DNA from: Polyangiaceae bacterium
Lineage (GTDB): Bacteria > Myxococcota_A > Polyangia > Polyangiales > Polyangiaceae
Direction of reading: 5' to 3'
Length of the DNA stretch: 64,000 nt
Assembly: GCA_050287085.1 (NCBI GenBank)
Contig: JBNKBE010000028.1
Coordinates: 1 to 64,000 of the forward strand
Shown: positions 1 to 10,253 of the stretch, one piece after another
Layout of the letters: every line of letters starts with the position of its first letter
Position numbering within the stretch: the first letter of the stretch is position 1
Translations under genes and position numbers: made by a program
Notes under the pieces: model-generated
What the model saw: the letters and a program-made list of their open reading frames with translations, nothing else
The model's database searches: none
What the model was told of the DNA's origin: nothing

Positions 1-1056
1 AACGACGAAGCCCTAAGCCTGCACGTTCACCGCTGGGTGCTCGCAAACCTCGAATTGCTCTCGGGTCAGCTACGGCGCGGCCAGGCGCGGCTGACGCTGC
101 TGGAGCAAGCCGCGGCGCGCACCCAACGGATTCATCCGAACCAGCGGGGCGCCTTGCTGACCGTACGGGCAGCGGCGCTCTTGGAGGAATTGGACGTCGA
201 CGCGGCCGCTGCCACACTGGCCGCTGCCCGGCAGCTGCTGTGCGAAACGACCGAGCCCCGCTTTTCGGGAATGCTCGCGCTCTGCGAGTTTCGACTCGGT
301 GTTCTGCGAGGGCGCGCGGCCGACGCGCAGCTGGCGCTTGAGCGCTGCCGGAGCATCGCTCGTTCCGCCGAACTGCCCGGGCTTGCGCTCCGCGGCCAGG
401 TCCTACAGGAGCTACTGACTCCAAATCTCTCGCTCCGGGCGAAGCTTGTGTGCAGTGAAAGGGCCGACATGGCCTTGGCTCGCGGAGTACCGTCGCTGGC
501 GTTTCGGCCCGATCAAGCCAAGCTACTGCTTGGACACCGGGCACTCAGAGCGGGAAGGTTGGACGACGCCAAGCAGATCGCCGTCGAGTTGGTCGAGCGG
601 GCAAGCCGTGAGCAGCGTCTCATCTGTGAGGTCGAGGGCCGTTTGCTGGAGCTCATGGCGTGCGCGGCTCACCACCGCTACACCAAACTCCCTGCTAGGC
701 TAGGTGCGCAGCTCCTGGAGCTCGCGGCGCCCGAGCGCATCTTCGCCCCGTTCCTACTGGCTCCCGATAAACTCCGAATCCATCTGCGAGAGCTAGCCGC
801 GGCCTTGGGTGAACCCTTGGCCGCCCAGCGCCTGGCGAGGGCGCGCGCGCCCAATCGGTGTGAAGTGGATGTCAGTCCGAGGGAGCGGGAGGTGCTTCGG
901 CAAGTGGCTGCGGGGGCCAGCAATGCGGACGCGGCAAGAGCCCTGGGGGTCAGCGCCTGCACCGTCAAGAAGCACCTGGAGAACATCTACCGAAAGTGGG
1001 GCGTCGACAATCGCATGCAGGCGACCTCTCTCGCGCGGGAGTTGGGGTGGCTATGA
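1..1056 (+). CDS. MalT-like LuxR family transcriptional regulator (5' partial)
   Basis: C-terminal LuxR HTH (SPREREVLRQVAAGASNADAARALGVSACTVKKHLENIYRKWGV) after a helical TPR-like region; frame is open from base 1. Confidence 0.85.
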   Translation, partial: NDEALSLHVHRWVLANLELLSGQLRRGQARLTLLEQAAARTQRIHPNQRGALLTVRAAALLEELDVDAAAATLAAARQLLCETTEPRFSGMLALCEFRLGVLRGRAADAQLALERCRSIARSAELPGLALRGQVLQELLTPNLSLRAKLVCSERADMALARGVPSLAFRPDQAKLLLGHRALRAGRLDDAKQIAVELVERASREQRLICEVEGRLLELMACAAHHRYTKLPARLGAQLLELAAPERIFAPFLLAPDKLRIHLRELAAALGEPLAAQRLARARAPNRCEVDVSPREREVLRQVAAGASNADAARALGVSACTVKKHLENIYRKWGVDNRMQATSLARELGWL

Positions 1057-1116
1057 GCAGCAGGGGGCTACGGTCGTCGAGGCATGGCGTCTTCGGGTGC
1101 GGCTGGGCACTCCTAG

Positions 1117-1320
1117 ACGGTCTTTGGCCTCGTGCGGCTCTCGCCCGGAGAGGCGGTTGCGGCCTATCTGATGCCCCCCATTGTGCACAGATCGTGGATC
1201 GAACAACACGGGGCTCCCGCCCACCCAGAGGATGTCGCGCGCGCGAGGTTCATCGGTGTGGAAGACAACGATGCTTTCGCCGGGCGCGACAGCGCGCCCT
1301 GGGTTGACAGGGCGTGTTAG
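1117..1320 (+). pseudogene. Internally deleted remnant of a LysR substrate-binding domain
   Basis: GLVRLSPGEAVAAYLMPPIV joined directly to HRSWIEQHGAPAHPEDVARARFIG, two normally separated LysR SBD segments; no HTH; stop at 1114-1116 just upstream. Confidence 0.5.
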
Positions 1321-2249
1321 CGAGCGAGTTGGTCGAGCAGCCTCTGCGCACTCACCCGTCGGTAGCTACCGTAGTGCCCCTTGGCAAAAGGCTCCAAGCT
1401 GCGACGGGCAAGCCCAACGCGGCCCAAACGGACCGCATTCAGCCCGATGTTGTAGTGGGCTTCGGGGGCAAAACGCCCGCGTGGGTAGCGCTGCAGGTAG
1501 CTCTGGTACGCCGCGATGGCACGTGTTGGCGAGCTCTGTGCGTAGTGCAGCTTGTGTGCGGCGCGAAACAACAGCAACTCCTCCTGAGCGGCGTCGCCAG
1601 GCGCTTCATGGGGGGGCGCTGGTGTCGTTTCCTGCTGGGGCGTTTCCGCCTCGGGCAAGAGGGCGGGTTCAGCTCCGGCCGCGCTTGGCGTCTCGGGCGT
1701 GATCCGAGGGCGGTGGGCTCTAGTGGCCCTAGGGCGGCGCCGCGCGACGGGGCGCGCTACCGAATCCGTGACGGCGCTCGGGGCCACGGTTTCCGGCGCT
1801 GGCGTCGTTTCATCAGTCGCGTCAGCGCCTTCAGTCGCGTCAGCGCCTTCAGTCGCGTCAGCGCCTTCAGTCGCGTCAGCGAGAGCGGGCGGAGAAGGCG
1901 CATCGCTTGTACCAGGGGCTCCAGCTGTGGCTGAGCGCTTTGAGCTAGAGTGCGCCGCCACCCGGCTGCGCTCCGGTTGAGCGTGGCCGAAAGACAAAAG
2001 AGGCGCCACCGTGGTCGTCAATGTGGCCCACAGCTCTGGTAGCTGCCCTGAGCTGCGAGCCCAGGCGGTGCCTCCCAAGACGGCCACCACAGCAGGCAGC
2101 AGTGTGGCCAGGTGTAGGGACCTGCGGCGCTTCTTTGCGTGCAAGGAACGCATCACTCGTCCGCGGGTTATTCCGGGGTGAGCCGTCTTGCCATCGTGGT
2201 GTTCCCGCAGGAGCGCCGCGGCTTGTTTGACGATGTCTTCGCGCGCCAT
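1317..2249 (-). CDS. Putative anti-sigma factor (single TM, Pro/Ala/Thr linker, C-terminal TPR-like domain)
   Basis: Directly downstream of ECF sigma; TM segment LLPAVVAVLGGTAWA; C-terminal AYQSYLQRYPRGRFAPEA TPR-like motif typical of myxobacterial anti-sigma proteins. Confidence 0.7.
   Translation of the reverse strand: MAREDIVKQAAALLREHHDGKTAHPGITRGRVMRSLHAKKRRRSLHLATLLPAVVAVLGGTAWARSSGQLPELWATLTTTVAPLLSFGHAQPERSRVAAHSSSKRSATAGAPGTSDAPSPPALADATEGADATEGADATEGADATDETTPAPETVAPSAVTDSVARPVARRRPRATRAHRPRITPETPSAAGAEPALLPEAETPQQETTPAPPHEAPGDAAQEELLLFRAAHKLHYAQSSPTRAIAAYQSYLQRYPRGRFAPEAHYNIGLNAVRLGRVGLARRSLEPFAKGHYGSYRRVSAQRLLDQLAR
1813..1881. repeat. 18-bp tandem repeat (TCAGTCGCGTCAGCGCCT x3.8) encoding ADATEG repeats
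   Basis: Three perfect copies plus a partial fourth, read directly from the sequence. Confidence 0.95.
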
Positions 2250-2252
2250 GGC

Positions 2253-2861
2253 TTAGTACCCCTCCTTCTCAAGGGCGGCGCGCATCTTCTTGCGCGCGTG
2301 GTGCAGTCGCGTGCGGATGGTTGCCTCCGGGGCGTCGACGAGGGCGGCTGCTTCGGTTGAACTGCGCTCTTCCACGTCACAGAGGACAAATGCGATGCGC
2401 TGATCTGGGGTCAGAGCGTCCATGGCGCGGGCCACGGCGCGTAGGGCTTGGGCCCGCGCCGTGACGACCTCGGGGGTCCCTGTTTCAATGGTGGTTTGGG
2501 TGAGGTCAGCGTGGGCGCACGCGCGTTCGTTGGCGGCTCTGCGCCGACTGGCGCTCCGAATGTGGCGGCGCGCGTGATTGACCGTGACCCCGATCAGAAA
2601 GGTGCGCAGTGAGCTATCGCCCCGGAAGCGGGTTATCGTCTTGGGCAACTCCACAAACACTTCGTGCACGACGTCTTCCGCTGAGCTTTCGTCACCCAGC
2701 AAGCGAGTGGCGAAGGCGCGTACGGCTTCGTGGTGTTGGTCATAGAGTTCACCGATCGCCGCGGGTTCAGACTGGGCGATGCGAACGACGAGCGGGTCGA
2801 CCTTGGCCGCTGGCCGCAGACTCAGGACGCGCATGGCATTGGTTAGGGGCGATAGCATCAT
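2253..2861 (-). CDS. ECF RNA polymerase sigma factor
   Basis: Region 2 (AEDVVHEVF..FRGDSSLRTFL) and region 4 (LTPDQRIAFVLCDVEERS..TIRTRLHHARKKMR). Confidence 0.93.
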   Translation of the reverse strand: MMLSPLTNAMRVLSLRPAAKVDPLVVRIAQSEPAAIGELYDQHHEAVRAFATRLLGDESSAEDVVHEVFVELPKTITRFRGDSSLRTFLIGVTVNHARRHIRSASRRRAANERACAHADLTQTTIETGTPEVVTARAQALRAVARAMDALTPDQRIAFVLCDVEERSSTEAAALVDAPEATIRTRLHHARKKMRAALEKEGY

Positions 2862-2868
2862 CTACCCA

Positions 2869-4608
2869 TCAGAGGAACTGTAGACCCGCGATGAATTCGG
2901 GTGTGGTCTTATTGTTGACTCGAACATCGAGGATGCGGCGCTTCACCGAGACGCCGACGAAGGCCCCAAACCAGGACGTGAATTCTTTTCCGACAATGGC
3001 GCGAGCGCGCAGATCTAGGGTGTCTACGTCTTTGGTAAACGGGCGGACCAGGGTGGTGCTCGCCTGTCCGTCAACATCAGCAAACAACCCGTAGTCGAAC
3101 GGAATACGTGTGCCGAGCACGAATCCAGGGGTCATGTTGGTCTCTTTGCGGCGAGGATCGTAGCCGATGGTAGGCATTGTGTAGATCCATCCGGCCTTGA
3201 AGCGGACCCCGAGATTGAGCGGGAGGGTACCGCCGTACCAGGTGACGAGCTCCTGCTGATAGGGAACGTAGCTGATGACACCGAGGGAAGCGCCCTCGAC
3301 CTCCTTGGCAACGTTCACCACGCCCACCTGGATGCCTCGCACTTTGCCGGCCACGTTGAGGGTGCCGATCTGAGCTCCCACAACCTCGGAGCTCAGGTTG
3401 ATACCCGCGGCCAACTGTGCACCCCGGACCGAGCGGCTGAGGGTGAGCCCCCCTCCCGCTTGAACACCGTTTAGGCTGCTTGCACCGCTGCCAAGACCCC
3501 CGAGCTGCACACCCGTGACGTGCCCGCGGGCAAAGCTGGCTCCGCCCGCGAGTTGAAGACCCGCTACGTCTTCGCCCGCGAGGCTCGCGATACTCGCGGC
3601 GGAAGCGCCGATAAGGCTCTTGCCGGTCATCGCCAGACCGCCGGCGAATTGACCGCCGCGAGTGCTGCCGAGGTTGACGTCGGCCGCACCCGAGGCCGCA
3701 AAGCCGTTGCTGTCCCCTCCGACGAAGCCGAGCGTACCTGTCAGGCGGATGCCTTCGAAGTTATCTCGCGTCAGCACGCCTAGGTAACCCGCGGAAACCC
3801 CGCGAAATCCGGCGTCGTGCAAGTTCAGAAGGGCGAAGGCACCCCCCTTGGAGTCCTGTGCCGTGTACAACACGCCCGGCGACACGGCACCCCCGTCGAG
3901 GGCACCGAGGCGGCTGAAGAAGAGCCCCAATTCGGCGCGCACGCGGTGCTTATCGCTTTGACCATCCAGCGCCATCGGGTGGAAGATCGAGATGTTGAAC
4001 TGCGTTTCTGGCAGCGGCTCTGGAGCTGCAGTTGGGGGTGTTTCCGGTGTTGTGGCGGGCGCCGCGGCCTGTGTCTCAGTGGGTAGCAGTCCGCTTGCCT
4101 CGTCCCGCACCAGGTTGCCGGCCAGCAGTGCGCTGGCATCGATCATGGCGTCGGTGGTGGCTGGTGCCTCGATGCTGCGCAGCAAAGGAGCGTTTCCGGG
4201 GCTCTGATAGATCAGCGTGAGCTCCCCCCCTGGCAAGTAGCGGATCTTGAGCTCCGGCACCTCGGATGCAGGCGCTGAGGCGCTCGCATCGAGGACGCCG
4301 CGCCCGAGCTCCCGGGCGACGGCCGCGAGCAAGCGGTCGCGCTCAGCTTGGCTCGAGCTAGAGGGAAGCTCTAGGCGAAGCCGGAGCGGTCCGGCGGGGG
4401 CCGTTGCCGGGGGGGCGACCAGGGCGGCGGGACGGGCCGCTTCGGCAGGCGTGGAGGTCGTCGGTACCTCGCCTGGGGCGCCTTCGCCGGGAGCTTCCGG
4501 GGCCGCGCTGGCGGGAAGGGCGCCGAAGGGCAGTTGGCCCAGGGCGAAGAGGGCGCTCGCTACGGCTCGGGCGAAGGGGCGCGAAGGGGTTGAAGTTGGC
4601 AAGAACAT
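2869..4608 (-). CDS. Exported protein with Gly-rich GxQ surface repeats (LA_2272-like) and probable C-terminal beta-barrel
   Basis: Signal-like N-terminus; repeats GLQLAGG/GVQLGG/GAQIG/GIQVG; ends GLQFL. Start moved to ATG at 4608 to avoid overlap with tonB. Confidence 0.6.
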   Translation of the reverse strand: MFLPTSTPSRPFARAVASALFALGQLPFGALPASAAPEAPGEGAPGEVPTTSTPAEAARPAALVAPPATAPAGPLRLRLELPSSSSQAERDRLLAAVARELGRGVLDASASAPASEVPELKIRYLPGGELTLIYQSPGNAPLLRSIEAPATTDAMIDASALLAGNLVRDEASGLLPTETQAAAPATTPETPPTAAPEPLPETQFNISIFHPMALDGQSDKHRVRAELGLFFSRLGALDGGAVSPGVLYTAQDSKGGAFALLNLHDAGFRGVSAGYLGVLTRDNFEGIRLTGTLGFVGGDSNGFAASGAADVNLGSTRGGQFAGGLAMTGKSLIGASAASIASLAGEDVAGLQLAGGASFARGHVTGVQLGGLGSGASSLNGVQAGGGLTLSRSVRGAQLAAGINLSSEVVGAQIGTLNVAGKVRGIQVGVVNVAKEVEGASLGVISYVPYQQELVTWYGGTLPLNLGVRFKAGWIYTMPTIGYDPRRKETNMTPGFVLGTRIPFDYGLFADVDGQASTTLVRPFTKDVDTLDLRARAIVGKEFTSWFGAFVGVSVKRRILDVRVNNKTTPEFIAGLQFL

Positions 4609-4681
4609 AAGATTCGAACTCTGTGCCCGCTCGCGAAGGCATCGTTCACGGGCGGGGCATCCTTTTTTGTGGGGATCGGGT

Positions 4682-5458
<777 letters not shown>

Positions 5459-5462
5459 GGCT

Positions 5463-5867
5463 CTACTCCGCGGGCGCAACGCCGATGCTGATGTGGGTGA
5501 TGTGTTCGCTTCGCAGCAGGTCGATAGCGGCCACGAGGTATTGGTGCTCGGTAACGGCATCAGCCGCTAGGATCACCGTTGGTTCTTGACCTGAGCTGCG
5601 TTCTCCGCGCAAGCGCGTGGCGAGCTGGCTCTTGTCCAATTTTTCCCCATCCATGGAGAGACCCCCTTGGCGATCGATCACCACTGTGAGAGGCGTGGAA
5701 TTGCTCTCACCCGTGGCAGCCTTGGGCAAGTTCAGGTCCAAGCTCTTGGACACAGCAAAGCTCGCCGTGACCATCAGTACCACGAGTAGCACCAGCATTA
5801 CGTCGACGAGGGGCGTTACGTTGATGTCGCTGATCGTGTCGCCGTGCGACTGGTTTCCCGCTGCCAT
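5463..5867 (-). CDS. exbD: Biopolymer transporter ExbD
   Basis: INVTPLVDVMLVLLVVLMV..LNLPKA motif. Confidence 0.93.
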   Translation of the reverse strand: MAAGNQSHGDTISDINVTPLVDVMLVLLVVLMVTASFAVSKSLDLNLPKAATGESNSTPLTVVIDRQGGLSMDGEKLDKSQLATRLRGERSSGQEPTVILAADAVTEHQYLVAAIDLLRSEHITHISIGVAPAE

Positions 5868-6505
5868 TACCTACCTCCTGTGAAGTCGAGCTCCGCAAGC
5901 ACTGTGCGGCGTAGCGCCTCGGCGCGAGCCAGTCGCGCTGAGACGACGCGTCGAAACACGTTGAAGGCCGCCACCGCTGGCAGCGCGACGAGAAGTCCGA
6001 CGGCGGTGGCCACCAGCGCTTCCCCGATATCACCCATCAGCCCGTCGGTGAGGGCTCCCCCGCTGACGTCCAGCTTCTTGAAGGCGCCGACGATGCCAAC
6101 GACGGTTCCGAGCAGCCCGACGAAGGGGGCGTTGCTGCCGACGGTGCCTAGAAACGCCAAGTAGCGTTCCATTTCCAGCCGTACGATCTCTTGGGTGGCG
6201 AGCGTATGCTCCAGGGCACCTTCCCGTGTACGGGCGGAGAGCGCGGCAAGCGCCACGCGTGCCTCGGCGCTCGGAGACTCCGAGAGGCGCTTACGGGCTG
6301 CATCCAGGTGACCCTGTGAGAGCAGAGTGCGCAGTTCCTCTCGCAGTTGCGTCGCATCGTCGCGCGACCCGACGAAGTAGGCCGTGCGCTCGAGAATGAT
6401 GGCAAAACCAGCAAAGCTTAGCAGCAGCAGGCATCCGAGTATCCACGTTGTTCCAACGTGTGCCATCGAGCCTAGTGCCTGTTGGATTCCGAGTTCAGTA
6501 TTCAT
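5867..6505 (-). CDS. exbB: MotA/TolQ/ExbB proton channel protein
   Basis: LGTVGSNAPFVGLLGTVVGI and EALVATAVGLLVALPA motifs; AAGGA SD before ATG at 6505. Confidence 0.93.
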   Translation of the reverse strand: MNTELGIQQALGSMAHVGTTWILGCLLLLSFAGFAIILERTAYFVGSRDDATQLREELRTLLSQGHLDAARKRLSESPSAEARVALAALSARTREGALEHTLATQEIVRLEMERYLAFLGTVGSNAPFVGLLGTVVGIVGAFKKLDVSGGALTDGLMGDIGEALVATAVGLLVALPAVAAFNVFRRVVSARLARAEALRRTVLAELDFTGGR

Positions 6506-6538
6506 GGGGGTCCTTGCGTTGAGTTGTTTCACTCTGGG

Positions 6539-7438
6539 TTAGCGTGCAATGCAGAGCGTGCGCTGAAGCCAATCGCTGCCGCCCCGACCGTCGCGGGCGA
6601 TGAGGTAGAAGTCCACCACCGCCGGCAGTGCCGGCAGTTCATCCTCGTCCGGCGCCCGGTAGGCTACCTCGAATGCCCCACGTTCCTGGCTGCCTGCCAC
6701 GGAAAAGGGGCGCTTGAGACCTGGCTGACTGGTGACGTGAAGAAATGTCAGCGTTTCTTGCTCGGCGGAGCCGTAGTCGGTGCTGCCAGTGTGTTCCAGG
6801 TCGCGTGAATTTGCGCTGAAGTCGATGACAACCTCCGCTCCGGGCGCGACTTTCGGCGCCGTCTCGCAGTCGCGGCTGTCCTGTGGCCAGGGCGCGCCGT
6901 CCAAGTTGAGCGTTCCTTGCGCTAGATCAGGATTTCGGTTGTCCGAGCCAATGTCCCGGAGACGAACGAACGCGCTGGTCGCGGCGGCGCCGTCTGGGCA
7001 GGTAAAGCGAGGTGCACGACTGTGGAACTTGGGCTTACCGGTGATGCATAAGCCGATCCATACGACCGGATCTGCATCTTGCCACCCAGGCTCGAGATCG
7101 ATGGGGACCACCACTGGCGTTTCCGTCGTCGCGATCGAGCGGCGCGCGTCCAACACTTTTGTGCAGGCGGGAGGCCCATAGGTGCTGTCCGCACTCTCGC
7201 AAAGGGCACTGTAAGCGAAGAACTCGATCGGTGACGGGGCGGCGACCAAGAAAGATACCTCTCCGCTGCCAGCGCTGCTCAACGAGGCGCTGTCATCGCT
7301 TGCGTTCTGAAGCTTGGACGTGAGGATGCGCAGATCGCGGAGTTCGCTTGGGTCAACCAAGGGGTCACCACAGGCCGCACAGAGTGCCGCTACACTCGTG
7401 CAGGCGGCTGCACGAACGCTCTTGTTGAAGTATTTCAT
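6539..7438 (-). CDS. Lipoprotein coupled to the TonB-dependent receptor
   Basis: Lipobox LCAAC; LRIL near N-terminus; C-terminal ARDGRGGSDW; ATGA overlap with the receptor gene. Confidence 0.7.
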   Translation of the reverse strand: MKYFNKSVRAAACTSVAALCAACGDPLVDPSELRDLRILTSKLQNASDDSASLSSAGSGEVSFLVAAPSPIEFFAYSALCESADSTYGPPACTKVLDARRSIATTETPVVVPIDLEPGWQDADPVVWIGLCITGKPKFHSRAPRFTCPDGAAATSAFVRLRDIGSDNRNPDLAQGTLNLDGAPWPQDSRDCETAPKVAPGAEVVIDFSANSRDLEHTGSTDYGSAEQETLTFLHVTSQPGLKRPFSVAGSQERGAFEVAYRAPDEDELPALPAVVDFYLIARDGRGGSDWLQRTLCIAR

Positions 7439-9891
7439 AGTTGTCCTCTGACGCCTAGACTGGGGAAGAGAAAGCTGCTGGTTGAGGGTTCTCTCTTCTT
7501 GTAGTCGTAGCTGTAGTCATAGCCCTGAGGGTTTCCGGCGTTGTAGACGTTCTGGACGTCTAGGTAGACTGATAGCTGAATGGGGTCCCACTGAAAGGTC
7601 TTCTGCGCGCGCAGGTCTAGCTGGTGAAAGGCTGGGTTTCTGTCCGCGTTCACTTTGCCGTATCGTGGTGAGTAGGTGCCCGCAACGCCGTCCAGTGCCG
7701 CGTCCAGTACGCGGGTGGACGGATTGCCGGAAACGAAGCGGAAGCGGGAGCCGAGCTGCCAGCCAGCGCCGAGCTCGTAGGTGGCCGCCGCGTTTAGAAT
7801 GTGCGGCTGGTCATAGTCGAAGGGGCGTTCGGGATCGTCTCGGTCGGTTCGTAGGCTGCGTGAGTAGGTGTAGGAGAGTTGCCCGCTCAGCCCGTAGCTG
7901 GAGCGGTAGGTGGCCCCCAGCTCAGCCCCGTAGATGCGCCCTGAGCCATCGTTGGTGAAGTGCGGTGGAGCGCCGCCTTCGGTGCCCACCACGCGGTTTC
8001 GGAGCCATTTGTAGAAGCCTTCGACGTCGAGCTCTAGCCCGGGGACGATTCGCTCCTCCACGCCCATGCTGGTTTGCACGGCATACATGGTGTCGACGTC
8101 GGGGTTGCCGATGGGCGCGAAGGCTTCGTGGTAGATTGGAGGCTGCGAGTAGAGGCCCACGCCGTTCTTGAGAGTTGTGGTTTCCGTGAGCGCTAGTCGC
8201 TGGCTGAATCGCGGGTTTAGGGTGAACTCATCGAGTTGGTGGTAGTAGTCGAGGCGCAGACCAGGGATCAGTTGCCACCCGTCTATGGGCGTGTATTGAG
8301 CCTCGAGGTACGCCGCTGGGCGCAGCAGCTTGATCGTCGTTGCCTCGACCACAACGATGTCAGCGGAGCTATTCGTCGACCCTTCTTGACTCATCGCAGC
8401 TTGACCGCGATAGGCGCCCTTCATGCGCTGCCCCTGGACGTCGGCTCCTGCGACCAGGTTCAGCCGTTCACCCCAAGGCCAGCGCCACTCCGCTCGGGAA
8501 TCGAACTCCGAGATGTCGAAATACCCCTGGCTATCGGGACCGAAGCTCTGTCGCAGCTCCTGGGTGCCCAGCGCGACTTGGATGTTTTGGTGAACGTCGC
8601 CGAAGCGGGCGCGGTTTCTGAGTTGAAGCCGCTTGAACGCTAGCTTTCCAGCGACACTTCCGTGCAGCGATGGGTCGGTCGCGGGCGGATTGTTGAATAC
8701 GAGTCGAAGCGTATCGTCGGAGCCGAAGAAGGCCAGTCGCCACTCGTTGTTCTTGCTGGGCGCATAGAACAGCATAGCCTGGTAGTCGTGATACAGAGGT
8801 GCTGCGGTCACGGCGAAAGCGTCGTCGGGCACCAGCTGGTCAAAAACGAAGTCGATGTTGCTTCGTCGCGCGGCGGCAGCAAAGCGAAGATGCTCTGTGA
8901 TCGGTCCTTCCACCAGAACCGACGCGTCGATCATATTTGCGTCGACGACTACCCCAAACTCCTTCTTGGGTTCTCGCAGCGCAACTTCCACGACGCCGCC
9001 CATGGCGCGCCCGTAGCGCGCGGAGAAGTTTCCTGGATATAGTTCAACGCTTTCTACCAGCCGAGGGTGAACAAAGCTGGTGAGCCCCCCGAAATGATAC
9101 AAGAACGGTACCGCCGTTCCGTCGAGAAGGGTGATGCTAGACTGCGGGCCAGCACCGCGAATGATCGGGGCGTCCCCCGTGCTCTGGCCAACGCCGGGAA
9201 GGACTTCAATGGCCCGTAGCGGGTCGCCTCGCGTGCCCGGAATGCGAACAAGCTCGACGCTATCCATCACGCGCCTTGTTGGCTCGCGCCGTGGGGCCTC
9301 TACTTCCGCCGTGCCCTCGAAAATCTCGTCGGCTGGAGCGTTGGTGGTCGCTGCGGACGGCGCCTGTTCTGGAGCCTCTTCAGGAGGCGCGTAGACTTCA
9401 GGTCCTGTCTTCGTTTCGGGTCGTCCTTCTATCCAATAGCGGTAGCGGACGGTTACGGAAACGGGTTTGAGTGCGCCCGTGTCGTCCTGCGTCTGGGCGG
9501 GGTCGAAGGTGAAGAGCCTGGCCGCTTCCGCCGCTGCTGCGTCCAGAGCGCTCTCTGTTCCTCCAACGACGCGCACGTTTGACACATGACCGTCGCTCGA
9601 GATCGTCAGCTCTAGCTCGACGGCGGTATCGCTTTGTGGGCGGTCACTTTCGGCGATTTCCGCTTCATGGAAGACCAGGAGCTTTGGCGGAAGCAACCTA
9701 TTGGCACCCTGTTTCGGCTGTGGCTCGGCTGAGGAAGACGCGGTTTGAGCATCACCCGTGGGTGCTGCCGTGGCCGGTCGAGAGTGCAGGGATGCGGCGA
9801 CCACCAATGGCGCAACACTGAGATATCCGACTGATAGTCGGGCTGACGATTGGAGGGACAAAGGCGTGACTCCTTGTGCGAGTGCGTTCAC
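7435..9891 (-). CDS. TonB-dependent outer-membrane receptor with N-terminal TonB_C-like domain
   Basis: Plug motif RIPGTRGDPLRAIEVLPGV..IRG; barrel end YLDVQNVYN..FPSLGVRGQL; extra domain VELELTISSDGHV..FTFDPA. Confidence 0.9.
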   Translation of the reverse strand: MNALAQGVTPLSLQSSARLSVGYLSVAPLVVAASLHSRPATAAPTGDAQTASSSAEPQPKQGANRLLPPKLLVFHEAEIAESDRPQSDTAVELELTISSDGHVSNVRVVGGTESALDAAAAEAARLFTFDPAQTQDDTGALKPVSVTVRYRYWIEGRPETKTGPEVYAPPEEAPEQAPSAATTNAPADEIFEGTAEVEAPRREPTRRVMDSVELVRIPGTRGDPLRAIEVLPGVGQSTGDAPIIRGAGPQSSITLLDGTAVPFLYHFGGLTSFVHPRLVESVELYPGNFSARYGRAMGGVVEVALREPKKEFGVVVDANMIDASVLVEGPITEHLRFAAAARRSNIDFVFDQLVPDDAFAVTAAPLYHDYQAMLFYAPSKNNEWRLAFFGSDDTLRLVFNNPPATDPSLHGSVAGKLAFKRLQLRNRARFGDVHQNIQVALGTQELRQSFGPDSQGYFDISEFDSRAEWRWPWGERLNLVAGADVQGQRMKGAYRGQAAMSQEGSTNSSADIVVVEATTIKLLRPAAYLEAQYTPIDGWQLIPGLRLDYYHQLDEFTLNPRFSQRLALTETTTLKNGVGLYSQPPIYHEAFAPIGNPDVDTMYAVQTSMGVEERIVPGLELDVEGFYKWLRNRVVGTEGGAPPHFTNDGSGRIYGAELGATYRSSYGLSGQLSYTYSRSLRTDRDDPERPFDYDQPHILNAAATYELGAGWQLGSRFRFVSGNPSTRVLDAALDGVAGTYSPRYGKVNADRNPAFHQLDLRAQKTFQWDPIQLSVYLDVQNVYNAGNPQGYDYSYDYKKREPSTSSFLFPSLGVRGQL

Positions 9892-10141
9892 GTTCGCCGG
9901 CTGCGCTGACTGCAGCTCGCAACAAAACGACTTCCTGGCGTTGCGCCGTGAGATCCGCCTTTGAAGCGGGACTCGTTCGGCGCAGCTCTTAGGCGCGACG
10001 ACTCGTGTTGGGGTTTACGGCCATGGGTGCCCAGCTGCGGCAGAAGCGTTCATCACTTTGCGCAAAGCCCCCGACTTTCCTTCGGTCGCGCGGTCAGTTG
10101 AACAAGGTTTCCACGCGTTGCACGTTTAGCGCCGTCAAATG

Positions 10142-10181
10142 CACAAAGGGCCACGTCGAGTTTTCGACGTGGCCCTTTGTG
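10142..10181. terminator. Perfect 18-bp stem-loop, probable terminator downstream of the porin gene
   Basis: CACAAAGGGCCACGTCGA-GTTT-TCGACGTGGCCCTTTGTG. Confidence 0.75.
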
Positions 10182-10253
10182 TCCGCGAGTGGCGGAGTGG
10201 GCGGACTTCCTCTTGCGGCTTGCGGAGTGCTAGAGGACTACCAGAGGCAAAGT

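Noticed and set aside
1813..1881. 18-bp repeats as a CRISPR array
   Set aside because: Head-to-tail with no spacers, in frame inside a CDS, and no cas genes in the window
9892..10140. Cobalamin or c-di-GMP riboswitch upstream of the TonB-dependent receptor
   Set aside because: Only a weak GCCAGGAAG resemblance and small hairpins; core conserved motifs were not found by eye. An Rfam scan would settle it
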